Shown piece after piece: positions 1 through 11,930 of a DNA stretch of 64,000 nucleotides. The position numbers and the translations under genes were made by a program. Each line of letters opens with the position of its first letter. Position 1 is the first letter of the stretch. Below the pieces are notes generated by a model. The model saw only the letters and a program-made list of their open reading frames with translations. It was not told the origin of the DNA and ran no database searches. The stretch spans positions 785,354,001 to 785,418,000 of the forward strand of contig NW_027362761.1 of assembly GCF_046119375.1 (NCBI RefSeq), in the 5' to 3' direction. This stretch comes from Phyllobates terribilis. Taxonomy: Eukaryota.

Positions 1-990
1 TTTTTTCGTTCCCCGCCTTGAGGTGGACAAATGGTCTCACTGTTGTCAGAGTCGCCAGATGGGTCGATTTCACCCTCAGAAGATGGTGCTATATCTTCTC
101 TGGGTCCCTGGACCCCTGAACCTGGGGGCTGCAGGGACGTAATAGAAGCCTGAACTTCTTAGATTATACTGCGAATCTCATTTAATAAAGCTCCGTGTTC
201 CTCCTTTAGCATGGAGGCTCTACATTCAGCACAGGCGCTTTGTATACGAGACAGGAAGTCTGATGTTACAATCCAGGCACCTCTTGGATTTCACTGTGGC
301 CTTTTTCCCCTGCATCCTTTTTTCAGAAGGAGGTGGTAACCGCACAGAGATATCCTATAAAAAATATGGAGAGCCTGGTAAGGGCAAGTTCCATTAACCA
401 TCTGAAAGGTAATGGTACACTTGCATGATTGTGGGGCGATCCAGGGAGGGTATCAGGGTGTGACACATCAGCCATTGTACTGCCAGGGGTGTCAAAGCTG
501 TAAGCCTGCATTAGATGCTCCCCAGCCCCCCTTTTTATACCTTACCTGGTCGTCCAGTCATGTTCTCCTGCTCCACTGGCGTCTTGTCGAACTGCGTTTG
601 GATCTCCCGCGCGACCAGAAGTAGTCATCCCCGAACTTCCGGTTTCGACGCCGAGCGGACCTAAAGCCGGGAGAAGCCATACCCGCCCAGAGCAAGACGC
701 AGAGAGCCCCAGCGATAGGGAAGCGGCACCCGGAGGCTCCAGCACACCGGAGGGCTGAGGGACCTACTTGGCGGCGGGAAGGAGAGAGCCGCCGCCACCC
801 CCCCCCCCCCCCCGATCCCTTGTGAGTAATGTATTTCCGCACCAGCGCTCCTCCTGTACTCCCTGCCCTGTGTAGGGAGAGGAAAAACACCGAGGAGGTT
901 GGGTGTGGGAGGGATTTTAACCTCTTGTGCTTCCTGTCCCTACAGAGGTTATGGGACTACTCCTCCTATGGTGCTGTCATGGGGATGTAC
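1..990 (-). mobile_element. 5' end of a DIRS-type retrotransposon (terminus plus degraded gag region), continuing beyond window start
   Basis: Terminus 920-985 (cttcctgtcc...ctatggtgctgtcatggg) matches the terminus of the DIRS at ~29320-29385. No intact ORF. Confidence 0.55.
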
Positions 991-1900
991 TGGAAAATGT
1001 TTTTTAAAATCCGAAATGTTGGCCTGTTCTTTGGCATCAATTACTGCATCAATGTGGTGTGGTATGGAGGCGATCAGCCTGTGGCACTGCTGAGGTGTTA
1101 TGGAAGCCCAGGTTGCTTTAATAGCAGCCTTCAGCTCGTCTGCATTGTTGGGTCTGGTGCCTCATCTTCCTCTTGACAATACCCCATAGATTCTCTATGG
1201 GGTTAAGGTCAGAAGAGTTTGCTGACAAATCAAGCACAGTGATACTGTTGTTTTTAAACAAGGTATTGGTACTTTTGGCAGTGTGGACAGATGCCAAGTC
1301 CTGCTGGAGAATGAAATTTCCATCTCCATGCTTTTCTCTGCTGACAAGCTTTTTGAAGTGCTCTAAAATTTCCTGGTAGACAGCTGCGCTGACTTTGGTC
1401 TTGATAAAACACAGTGGACCTACACCAGCAGATGACATGGCTCCCCAAACCATCACTGATTGTGGAAACTTCACACTAATCCTCAAGCAGCTTGGATTGT
1501 GGCCTCTCCACTCTTCCTCCACACTCTGGGACCTTGATTTCCAAATGAAATGCAAAATTTACTTTGCATTTACTTAGTGTGTCAATGACTGCCTTCTGGA
1601 CATCTGTCAAGTCAGTAGTCTTCCCCATGATCGTGGAGCCTACTGACAGACTAAGGGACCTTTTTAAATGCTTAGGAAGCTTTTGCAGGTGTTTTTTGTT
1701 AATTATTCAAATTTACTGAGATAAAGACTTGTGTTTTCACTGGGCGCAAGCCATAATCATCAACATTAACAGAAATAAACACTTGAAATAGATCACTCTG
1801 CTTGTAATGACTATATAATATACGAGTTTTACTTTTTGTATTGAAGAACTGAAATAAATTAACTTTTTTGATGATATTCTAATTTAGTGAGAAGCACCTG
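988..1900 (-). mobile_element. Internally deleted Tc1 DD34E transposon
   Basis: ORF 1118-1555 has VMVWGAMS, FILQQD-34aa-E (DLNPIENLW). TIR ends cacctg|TA at 1900-1902. Same family as 19705-20722. Confidence 0.85.
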
Positions 1901-1902
1901 TA

Positions 1903-2325
1903 TGTCTCCTGATTTGACCCCAAATGAACACCTATGGGGAATTCTGGAGACGAGTTGAGCATCACTCTCCATCCAGCATCCAGGCTCTAAAAGAGGTCAT
2001 TCCTGAAGAATGGATAAAGATAGATGTTGTCAACTTGTTCATGCCATGCCTAGAAGACTTGGTGCTGTTCTTAAATATGAGGTCATACAAAATACTGGAT
2101 GTAGATGTTTTTCATGTGCGGTGTACACATTTTTTGCATCAACTAATTAGAGTAAAACTGGAGATTTTGTAATGAAAGTTAATATAACATTACTTTCATG
2201 TTATGGGTTAAAAATGTTCCATGAAACTGTCTTGTCAAAGTTTTGGAAATTGTTCTTGTATTCAGTGAGGTATTTATTAAGATTATATGGTTCAAAAAGG
2301 GTGTTCTCATTTATGCTGAGCAATG
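1903..2325 (+). mobile_element. 3' fragment of a different Tc1 element
   Basis: Degenerate SPDL.P.EHLWG motif at 1905-1945 and RRVEHHSPSSIQALKEVI. TIR-like end gctgagcaatg|TA. Confidence 0.55.
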
Positions 2326-2359
2326 TATATATCCATTTATTTTATTTTTTTTAAATCAC

Positions 2360-3010
2360 TCTCCCACCCACCCCTTTTTCCCAGTTTTGAAATATAGAAA
2401 TATATACGGTAATACTTAATTGGTGTCACGGTGTCTGTTAAAGTCCGGTCTATTAAAATATAACATTATTTAAAAGCACCCATTAAAAAAAAAAAAAAAG
2501 TGATTTGCTTTTATTTTCCCAGAACCTACAGTTCCTATCTGAAAAAGCAATAAAAAAAAAAAAAAAAAAAAGCGATCAATATGTTGTATCTTCCCCAAAA
2601 TGGTATCAATAAAAGTGTTGGATCAGTTAAATAAAGATTCATAATTGACATTTTTTAAAATAAAATGGCTAAAATAAAATAAAAAAATTCACTACCATAA
2701 TATAAAAAAACTGGACAAGTTTGGTAGTGCCAATCACACCGACCTGGAGAATCACATTACCAGGCCCTTTTTACTGCACAATGAACGCCATAAAAACAAA
2801 ACCCGAAAAACGGCGGTGGAATTTCAGCTTTTTCACCTCACTTGGAATTTTTCTCCCTATTTTTCAGTTTATTATATAGTAAAGTTAATTTTTTCATTCA
2901 AAAGTACAATTTGTTTTGCAAAAAACAAGCCCTCATAAGGCTATTCGGATGGAAATATATATATAAAAAAATATATATGTTGTTATAGCTTCTGGAAACA
3001 GGGCAGGATA
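2360..3010. mobile_element. Fragment of a non-autonomous DNA element (same family as ~52140-52850)
   Basis: Shares blocks such as gacctggagaat, aaaagtacaa and aa(c/t)aagcc with 52140-52850. Confidence 0.45.
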
Positions 3011-3886
3011 AAATGAAAAATTGACCAGCACCAACAGGTTTGAAGAGGCTTTTAATCTTAGAGAAGTACAATGCAAACTTACTATCAATTTAAACCCCTA
3101 ATAAAGGCAGCCTGAATACCAGTGGCAGAGGCGGTTACTTTCTCACTTTTTTGAGAAGTACATGGCGGCATCAATCAAATCCTAACTGGCAGAGCTCTGA
3201 TATTCCTCTCCTCATCCTTTTTGTATTTCCTCTCATGCAGCAGTAAATATAATTTTTGCTTTATATAAAACCCCTGACAATGCCTCTATATAATCCCTAA
3301 GCAGTGTGTGTAGAATGTCCAGTTTCTGTATGCAATGTAGCCTCACTCTACTGAAAGCTAACAGTGAGAAACTTATCACCAGCAGGAGTCACCACCAGGA
3401 GACATGTAGGAGAGGCTGAAGCTGCATCACATAGGATATACTGTAGATAAGCAGTTGACCTTTATGCTGAAGGTCCATCTCTGCAGCCATTATATGGAAC
3501 TAAGAGCAGAGGAAAAGCAATGTGAGGAGGAGCCCTTTTCCAAAACCATCATAGGAATTGTAGGCTGCATTAGGGGAGCCATATCAGAGGCTAAAAGGAG
3601 CAAGGATGGTAGACCATGTAGAAATGCCACATCAACTAAAACAGGTATACACATCATACTCAAAACCTCTACATTATTCTTTACATATAGCCATCATATA
3701 GACAAAGAATAAAGTACCGTAGGAATGGAGCAGGCAGCACAGTGAAAGGAGAAATACTTCAGTATGGGTGCATAGCTTCGAAAGAGCAACAACTCATCTC
3801 CAACCCAAGGAATCAAAAGAGAAGTAAAGGCAACACTGCAGGAAATTTACTGTATTTTTCGGACTATAAGATGCACTTTTTTCCAA

Positions 3887-4020
3887 NNNNNNNNNNNNNN
3901 NNNNNNNNNNNNNNNNNNNNNNNNNNNNNNNNNNNNNNNNNNNNNNNNNNNNNNNNNNNNNNNNNNNNNNNNNNNNNNNNNNNNNNNNNNNNNNNNNNNN
4001 NNNNNNNNNNNNNNNNNNNN
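3887..4020. other. Assembly gap (134 N)
   Basis: Run of N. Confidence 1.
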
Positions 4021-4554
4021 GATGGAGGAGCGGGGCACAGGAGGCAGCAGCCGCCCGCTGCGGCCTACACTGTCCCCGCTGCTAAAGAAAATGAATATTC
4101 ACTGGGGCGTGGGGAGCACTGAATATTCATGCTCCTTAATAGCAGCACACAGTGTAGCTGCGCTGCGGCTCCTGCCGGAATCGCCTGTGCCCGCTGTTAA
4201 AGGGCATGAATATTCAACCTCTCTCCACGCCCATGGGCGTGGGTGAATATTCATGCTGTTTAATAAGCGGGCACACGCTATAGCCCGGCAGCAGCAGGAG
4301 CCACAGCGCGGCCATGCTGTGTGCCGGCTATGAAGGAGAAGGAAGTCACTGCTCCCCGCGCACACAGTCCCGGCGTGGGGAGCAGTGACTTCCGGCAGCG
4401 GATCTCTCCTTGTGAGCCGCGCATGGCAGTGACGTCATGCGCGGCTCACATGGAGAGATCAGTGCGGGCAAACAGGACGCAGCGCTGGAGGAGAGAGAAG
4501 AGAGGCGAGTAGGAGTGTTGGATGATAGGGATGAAGGGTGCCATGCATACCAGG

Positions 4555-4710
4555 ACAGGGATGAGGGATGCCAGGCATACCAGGATGGAGGGATGCCAGG
4601 CATACCAGGATGGAGGGATGCCAGGCATACCAGGATGGAGGGATGCCAGGCATACCAGGATGGAGGGATGCCAGGCATACCAGGATGGAGGGATGCCAGG
4701 CATACCAGGA
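4555..4710. repeat. 25-bp minisatellite (gatggagggatgccaggcataccag), about 6 copies
   Basis: cataccagga recurs at 4601, 4651 and 4701 (50 bp = 2 units). Confidence 0.9.
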
Positions 4711-5415
4711 TGGGTATCACATATAACAGGAAGGCGGGGGGCATATATACCAGGATGAGGGATATTGTCAGAATTGGGGGACATTACCCCTACACCAGTG
4801 TCAGCAGAAGACCCCCACCCCCTTAAAAGTGCATCATAAAAAAAAAATTTTAAGCCAAAAATGTGTCCATTTTTTATTTTTTTTCCTCCTCTAAAACCTA
4901 GGTGCGTCTTATAGTCTGAAAAATACGGTAAGTAATTCTGGTTCATTTACCCAGTGATATAGCAACATTTCAATCCCTCAATGAAACCATTTCCAGGCAT
5001 AATAATTTATTATAAATGAGGAATTAAAATGCTGCTATAGCACTAAGTGAATAAACCTGAGTGACTTCACCACCACCCCAAAAGGTGAGGCATCTACTTT
5101 CATTTTAGGCAAAAATGCTTTAACTAATTAATAATGCCCATTTTGTAAATGCACATTGCCACTGCATAAGTGATGGCATATCCTGGTCATCACTGTTAGA
5201 GATAGAAAAGTATTTTTTTGCCAGAAGCATTCTATAACCACCTTCATCAGGACAAGGGTTCCCAGATACTACCAGTGAACTTGCATTCAGTAGTAAATGG
5301 AAACACCAAGCAATGATAGAAAGGAACAGCCAATGGCCAGGTCAAATGTATTAGTACCCAGCATAAACACATTCTCGAAAAAATTAATACAATAGAAATC
5401 TCACTTAAAGCATAC

Positions 5416-5584
5416 CTTGTCAACACCTTCAGATTCTTTAAACAATACAAAGCCGAAGCCTCTTGATCGACCAGTGATTGGATCCAGTTTCAAGGTACAG
5501 TCTACAACTTCTCCGAATTTTGAAAAGTAATCCTTCAGGTCTTTCTTTGTAGTGTCCCAGCTAAGCCCGCCAATAAACATCTTC
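5416..5584 (-). CDS. HNRNPD: hnRNP D (AUF1) RRM1 exon, 169 nt
   Basis: [56 protein letters not shown] (RNP2/RNP1). Flanked by gtgcag| and |gtatgc. Same length and phase as the paralogous HNRNPDL exon. Confidence 0.95.
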
Positions 5585-6945
5585 CTGCACAAAAAAGACG
5601 CAGATCTTTAAAGATTTTACAAAGTGTCCTTAAAGAAATCCATAAGAAGTTTCACCTTGCCCTAACTATGGCCAGAATGAAATAGTGACAGACTACCTAG
5701 AATTGCAGTGGCGTTTCAGAGAAAAAGGTCAGAGAACTAACTGTAAGCTGGTGGGCTCATACTTCTCCATGTCCACAATAGATCAATGAGCTACCTGTAA
5801 TGTCGGCTTATACTCGCACTCAGAAAAAGCACGTTGCCATAACACACAAAATTACAAGATATCCACAACTTAAGGAACAGAAAACTGGTCTCACCACTGA
5901 AGCCATCGATTACACTTAACATGATCCTTTAAAAGGGGTTGGCCACTACTTTACAAGTCCCTTTCATGTGATCTAACTGCCATAGATAAGCACTTCACTA
6001 AATACCTTGCTTTACCAAATACTTCTGTGACCAGGAGAGCAGCTCTGGATACATGATCTCTGGCTGAGAATCCTCTGACTTCCTGACTCAGAAAACTGAT
6101 GGGTGGGGGCGCTCTATTCAGCACAGCTCACACAGCCCTGTGCACGGTGCTCTCTTCTATCTTCATTTATATAGTAGGATTCATTACAAACACTTCCAGA
6201 TCTCATCGTAAGGCAGTCAGTGTGGAGGAACAGTGAGGTGACGGCACTGTGAGATGAGATCTGGAAGATTTTGTAATGATACACAACTCCGCTCTGCTGT
6301 ATCTCTACACAGTAGCTGTAGAGATCCATGGTCTTTTCTCCCCTGGATGAAGTTCCTCATGCAGGGCGAAGAAGTATATACCCCAGAGACAAATCTCGGG
6401 TAACGCCTAGGTGAACTATGAACATAAATAACCTAAATTTTACAAGCTAATATCTCCACAAAGGAGAGAAGAAATAAAAAAAATATAAGCTGCGTTTTAC
6501 TCTGCTCTGCAGCCAATATTCCACGATGGGTCCAAGTTTAACCTGCCGATACTGGTCAAAGGTCCTTTTTAAAAAATATAGGCCATCAACACAATAATCC
6601 AGGAAAAGCCCTTTTACTCCATTAGAGGGGTAAGTCCCTAAAGGTTCAGGTAAAACAGCAGTTAAATTGGCGAATGAGCTGATTGTCTGCCAATGTAGGC
6701 CGGAGATCACCCAGCAGACAAGCAATATGCTCACTTGTTGAGTGATTGGATTGTTTATGGCAGCATAAAAATGTATCGTTATTAGCAGCACATCCACCTA
6801 TATAATCAAGGAATGTGCTGCTGATAACATGACACTGAATGGGGACAGATCAGAATAGCAATTTTGTTAATAGTCGATCAGTCCTTGTTTAAAGTCCTAT
6901 ATGGGTGTTTAAAACTTAGTGTATGGGCATAGAATGCAGACGTAA

Positions 6946-8420
6946 AGGGAACCTGTTACGGCCTAGTTGCTATGTACACTGCCCCCATTGCTTTGTTAGT
7001 GATGCAATGTGCATCACTAATAAGCAGTTTTCATGAAAATCGGTTGTAGTATAATGATTTTATAACATTATATACACTTTGTCCTACCTGCTGTATTCAG
7101 TCATAGGGGTGTGATTCTCTCCTTCAGTCATGGGCGGGCGCTGCATCCAGTCACTGCTGGCGCCGCCCATGTATTTGAATACTGCTCCTGGCAAGGTTGC
7201 ATTTAGATTGGAGGTGATTTTTGTTGTGCTCCTTACTTTAGCCTCCGATCTAGACGCTTCACTGCTGAGGAGACTACATCGGAGTTGCTGGAGTGAGGGT
7301 CTCAAAGTAGCAATTACCTACTTGTTAGTGCTTAGGCACATTTTTTGTTTTTCATAAAGTCCCAGATATCCCCTTTAATGAAAGGTGAGAGGGAGAAAGC
7401 TCGACCACTTTGTGATTTTTTTTTTTAATTAATAAAGTGAGTTTTTTTTATTATCGCTTTCTGTAATGTAAAAAATTATACACAGCTCTGATTGTTCAGT
7501 TTTGATAGAATTTAAATTTTCCTGTATGTCCACAAGCCTCAGCCAGTGACGGAGGGCAGCCGACAGAATCATCATTGACATCACAAAAGTGGCGTAAATT
7601 ATAACAGCAGTGTTCTCCAGTGACCTTAGACATTCCTGTAATAATTTGTCACTTCTGTCTTGTACATTATGGTGACTGTTGGGGGCGCTCTTTTACACCT
7701 CTCCCCGCGGAGCTCCACCCACTCTTCCCAATGTCGGTGCTGCGGACAAATGAGAAGAGCCACATTCTGGCAAAACTGAACAATTAGCGATAAGGGGAAT
7801 TTTTTATATTACATAAAGTGACAATAAAAATGTAAGCTTCATTAATCAGGAAAAAAAGAATTTTGCCCAAATCCATAAAATATAACAGTGTAAAAAAATC
7901 ATTTTTTGACTTGTGATGTTTGCTCCATGAAAAACGAGCAATTGCATAAGAAAAATAATAAAAAGCCAGAAGAGGAGACTAGACAGCAGTGAGTGAGGAT
8001 CCTGGAATCTACTCCGATCTAGTGGTGTCAGTGCTGAACTCTCTACATCGGAGGGGATTTTTTGTGGCCCTCAATCCAGCAACTCCGACCTAGTCTCCTC
8101 AGCAGTGAAGTGTCTAGATCGGAGGCTAAAGTGAGGAGCACAACAAAAATCATCTCCGATCTAAGCACAACCTTGCAGGAGCAGTATTCAAACACATGGG
8201 CAGCGCCAGCAGTGACTGAATGCAGCGCCCACCCATGACTGAATTAGAGAATCACACCCCTATGAATGAATACAGCAGGTAGGACAAAGTGTATATAATG
8301 TTATAACAGAACATTATACCACAACCAATTTTCATGAAAACAGCTTGTTAGTAATGCACATTGCATCACTAACAACGCTATGGGGGCAGTACATAGCAAT
8401 TAGGACGTGACAGATTCCCT
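6946..8420. mobile_element. T2/Kolobok-type MITE with ~360-bp inverted arms in HNRNPD intron 1
   Basis: gtaa|agggaacctgt ... acagattccct|ttaa. 6946-7310 is the reverse complement of ~8060-8420. Confidence 0.8.
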
Positions 8421-9686
8421 TTAAGAAAAAAATACAACCAAAAACTATACTCACCTCCTGGACTGGCTACAGTGCACTCTGCCAACCTCCTGGCACAATG
8501 TCGGGTGACGACTTTTATATTGGCCTTTCCTTTGATCTATCGTCAATCTCAAATAGGCAATAAAGAAACTAGGCCCACGCTTAGGTAAAAGCTGAATTAA
8601 AGACCATAGGAGGCTCTCAAAAAAGCCATAAAATAGCAGACCTCTTTCTAATTTTGGAAAATCCACTTAATTGCTGTAGCAGCTGCTATGAGGCTCACTG
8701 TGCAGCATAATAGATCCTGATCCCTCCAGGATTAGGAAAAAAGAAAACCATTCGACTGCAATGAGTGAGCAGAAAGACTAGAGCGGCTCCGGCTTGGGGG
8801 GAGGCAAGCAGACCCTTTTTCCCCGTACCAAACAGAATAATTAAGGCTACTGGCATACAGACTGATTGTCCTGTGTATGTATAAGTGCACACTGTGCTTT
8901 TGGCTACTGGCAGGCACAAATGCTCATGTGATATATGTCTGACAGTGGTCACCATTTCTATGTATTCTATGGCAGTCAGTCACCATAGACACCTATTGCA
9001 AACCACGTATACTGTAACAAAGCACAGTCTGTGAAGTTGAATGAATGGTGTGCAGACACATTCTGGCCTCCATATGGTGAATGAGGGCCTAAGGCATCGG
9101 TAAAGCAGACTAGGAGAGCCTCTCCCATGTAATAGGTTAGCACTTTCTGCATATTTTACTTTAGAGGTCACCCTGCTAAACTTAAAAGGGATGAAATAGG
9201 CAGTAAAAGTCACCCAAAAGAATTGACATGCTGCAGATTTAAATGTTGACACCGCAGATCGGTTTGTGTAGAAGAGATTTGGTAAAATGTCATCGCCTTT
9301 ACTGATACCCTTATACAATGCAGCATTATATGGTATGTTCACACCTTACAAAAGTGCCAAATTATCAAAAATTACTGTAAGATATTTTCCAAAATGCTTT
9401 GGTTTTACCTTGAATTTGGTAAACTGGTGCTAAAAACATAGCACTATTGGAGGGTGTGAACATACCCCAATAGATGCAGCATTATTACTTCTAAGACTTG
9501 TATAATGAACGTATGGCGAGTGCAGGTAAGACTGGCACTACCATAGGGGGCTCAGCAATTGTTAGTATGGAGTTTCCTTGCCTCTCCTCGGGCAGGCAAT
9601 GCGCTTGCCCGCTTTATGGAGGCATTGGAGCACTCACCGTTAGTGGGGTACGGCATGGCATGTCAACAGTCGCTGAATGTATCTAA

Positions 9687-10063
9687 GGCTATGTGCCCAC
9701 GTTGCGGAAATGAAGCAGAAAATTTCTGCTTCATTTCCGCATGTCCTCTCCTGGAAAAACGCATGCGGAATTCCGCACGCGTTTATCGCACGTTTTTCAC
9801 GCGTTTTCGACATGCGGAATTGCCTTGCGTTTTTTCATGCATTGAATAAGGCAATTCCGCATGCAGAAACGCAAAATTAATGAACATGCTGCGGATTTTT
9901 GAACGCAGCATAAACGCTGCGGAAAAATCCGCAGCATGGGCATAGAACTTGCGGATTCTCATTGGGGACCATGGGGTGCGGATTAACAAGCGTTTTACAA
10001 GCGTTTACGATGCGGAAAATCCGCATCAAAAACGCTTGTAATCCGCAACGTGGGCACACAGCC
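9687..10063. mobile_element. PIF/Harbinger-type MITE
   Basis: taa|ggctatgtgcccacgttgcgg ... ccgcaacgtgggcacacagcc|caa. Confidence 0.75.
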
Positions 10064-11425
10064 CAAGAGCTAGATTAATTTCCTTGCGTTAGCTGAAGGG
10101 CGAGTTACCGGATTCAGCTGTCGGGCATCATCTAATTTTATCTCATAAAGTGGGCACCAGAGGAGGAAGTTTACTGACTGGTTCTCAAAGCCTTTTCATA
10201 ACTTTTGGTAATTATTGATCCTTTTAGAGATCAAAGATAGGTCAGTGAAATGCCATTTGTACCCACTAGACTGGTAAATCCAAAAGCAAAATACACCCGG
10301 AATGATTGGAGATGATGGATCTATTACAACCCGTTTTATTGTCTTCTACTCACTCACAAAAGGTCCATTAGGTTCCCTGTGTAACCAGAGAACAGACCCC
10401 GGTACAGTACATGCAAGTGAAAAAGGGCAACACTAGCGTTACCAGAGCTGAGGGTCCACCGCTGCTGGAAGGGGGGATCCATTTGTCACCTGTGCACAGA
10501 ATATGCTAGAAATGCTACATTTATGGGGGGCCTGACTGCCGAGATGCATGTCTTGGACAGGATGACCCTTGTCTGCCATTTCCCCCAGCCGCAAGGTAAT
10601 GCCTGCTACTGCATTCAAACACCTCTTAGGCCCTGTTCACATCTGCTTGTCGGCTCCGTTTAGAACAAATACAGAATCAGGGGCACCACTGAGGTATATG
10701 GGGTCTGTCTGGTTTCTTTTTTTGGTGTCACGTTTTTGCAGAAGGGAAACAGCTGGAAGTAAACAATGAACGTAGCCACACGGGGCACCTCAGTCCCATC
10801 GGATACGGAGGACCTACCCCGAGGGTTACACTAGCCGATGGGGGGGCGGTAAATGGCACTGAACAGCTGCGTAATCAGTATCCTGTATACACTGCATGAT
10901 TACCAGGAAACAGGCATTCCTAAGAAAGCTCAAGTATCAGCCAATGGGAATGTCACATTAGGATAGATTATATTATATGACCGGACAACCCCACTGACTT
11001 ATTGGCTCTTAGTGAAACGTGATGGGATCGGATCATGCACAATAAGCAGACAGAGTATATCCAGCGAACCCATAGAGCAGCTGAAAACCACATGCAGATA
11101 GAATCTGCAATAGTTTTCCGATACAGTAATGACGGCGAGGCCGAAACGTGGATATTACAGGTCTCATCTTTGAGAAGTGATCCCTTCTGTACTATGGCTA
11201 CGCTCACACCCCTTCTGGTGCATACATCAGATTCAGGGGTCCTCCTGGTGATAAGTGGGGATCTGATCCCCCCCCCCCCCACACACACCTACCTACCTAT
11301 CTTATGGATAGGCCACTTCTTTCAACTACAAGACCCCTAGAGGTCATAACCTTGGTGAGAGGTATGTCTGGTGGGGGCATCAGAGGGGGATTTGTAAAAA
11401 GGACTAACAGTGTGTGTATGGGGAG

Positions 11426-11457
<32 letters not shown>

Positions 11458-11593
11458 GCCACCAATGTATGTATATACATATACACACACTAGCTAATGC
11501 AGGTGGTGCAGATAACGGGCAGCGATGCCCACCCTGGTGTCTCGGTCCCTGGCACCTATGGGGGCGGCCAGCCGTCTGTAGTCAGCAGCTCAC

Positions 11594-11715
11594 CCCTCGT
11601 CTTCCTCGGTCTTGCCGGAGTTCATGCTCAGCCCCTCGCCGGCCCCGCTGCCCTCGGCTTCGCTGGCAGAGGCCTCCATCATGGTCTCCTCCTGCATCTC
11701 GTCTTCCCCCAACAT
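11594..11715 (-). CDS. HNRNPD: hnRNP D exon 1 coding part (MLGEDEMQEETMMEASASEAEGSGAGEGLSMNSGKTEEDEG)
   Basis: Ends ...EEDEG, as recalled for mammalian exon 1, with a GG|gtgag donor. Phase 2 joins the 5584 exon to give EEDEG-KMFIGG. GC-rich context. Confidence 0.85.
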
Positions 11716-11724
11716 CTCCGGTTA

Positions 11725-11808
11725 TCAACAATAGCGAGGAAAGAGCAGCAGCAAAGCCAGAGACGAGTAATGGCGGATTCCTGGCCGTGCCACTCCCCCG
11801 CTACTCAT
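11725..11808 (-). other. Candidate upstream ORF (27 aa, MSSGGVARPGIRHYSSLALLLLFPRYC*) in the HNRNPD 5' leader
   Basis: gtgccATGa start, then TGA TAA CCG GAG ATG, in frame with the main start. Confidence 0.5.
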
Positions 11809-11930
11809 GGCACCGCCTTCCCGCGCAGTAATGGCGGCGACACGGCTTGAAATGGCCGCCGGGAGACGGCTGCGTCCTGTCACAGCTGCGCGCTGTCTGC
11901 GACACTTTGCAGTGTTACCATAGAGACGGC
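11765..11930 (-). promoter_or_regulatory. HNRNPD CpG-rich promoter/5'UTR with three YY1-like motifs and an RFX X-box-like site
   Basis: AATGGCGG at 11769 and 11830, AATGGCCGCC at 11851, GTTACCATAGAGAC at 11914-11927. Confidence 0.55.

Larger units (their letters stand above)
3850..4928. mobile_element. pogo/Tigger-like MITE with TA target duplication (spans an assembly gap)
   Basis: TA|ctgtatttttcggactataagatgcac ... gtgcgtcttatagtctgaaaaatacgg|TA inverted termini. Confidence 0.7.

Noticed and set aside
796-813. Poly-C/G tracts (also ~11270, 29035, 42245, 48895) as G-quadruplex elements
   Set aside because: These are simple homopolymers, mostly inside repeats, and error-prone in assemblies. 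No specific function can be supported.
4346-4946. ORFs of 64-166 aa with repeated MPGIPPSW/YQDGG motifs
   Set aside because: Translation of the 25-bp minisatellite inside a MITE.
8455-8540. Strong minus-strand donor (GAG|gtgagt) as a candidate HNRNPD exon 2
   Set aside because: No convincing acceptor giving a 3n length, and no resemblance to the recalled exon 2 peptide.
9638-9682. Possible 45-nt poison exon in HNRNPD intron 1 (ttag|...TAA CG|gtgagt)
   Set aside because: The donor is good, but the acceptor has no polypyrimidine tract (it abuts a MITE end) and there is no conservation evidence.
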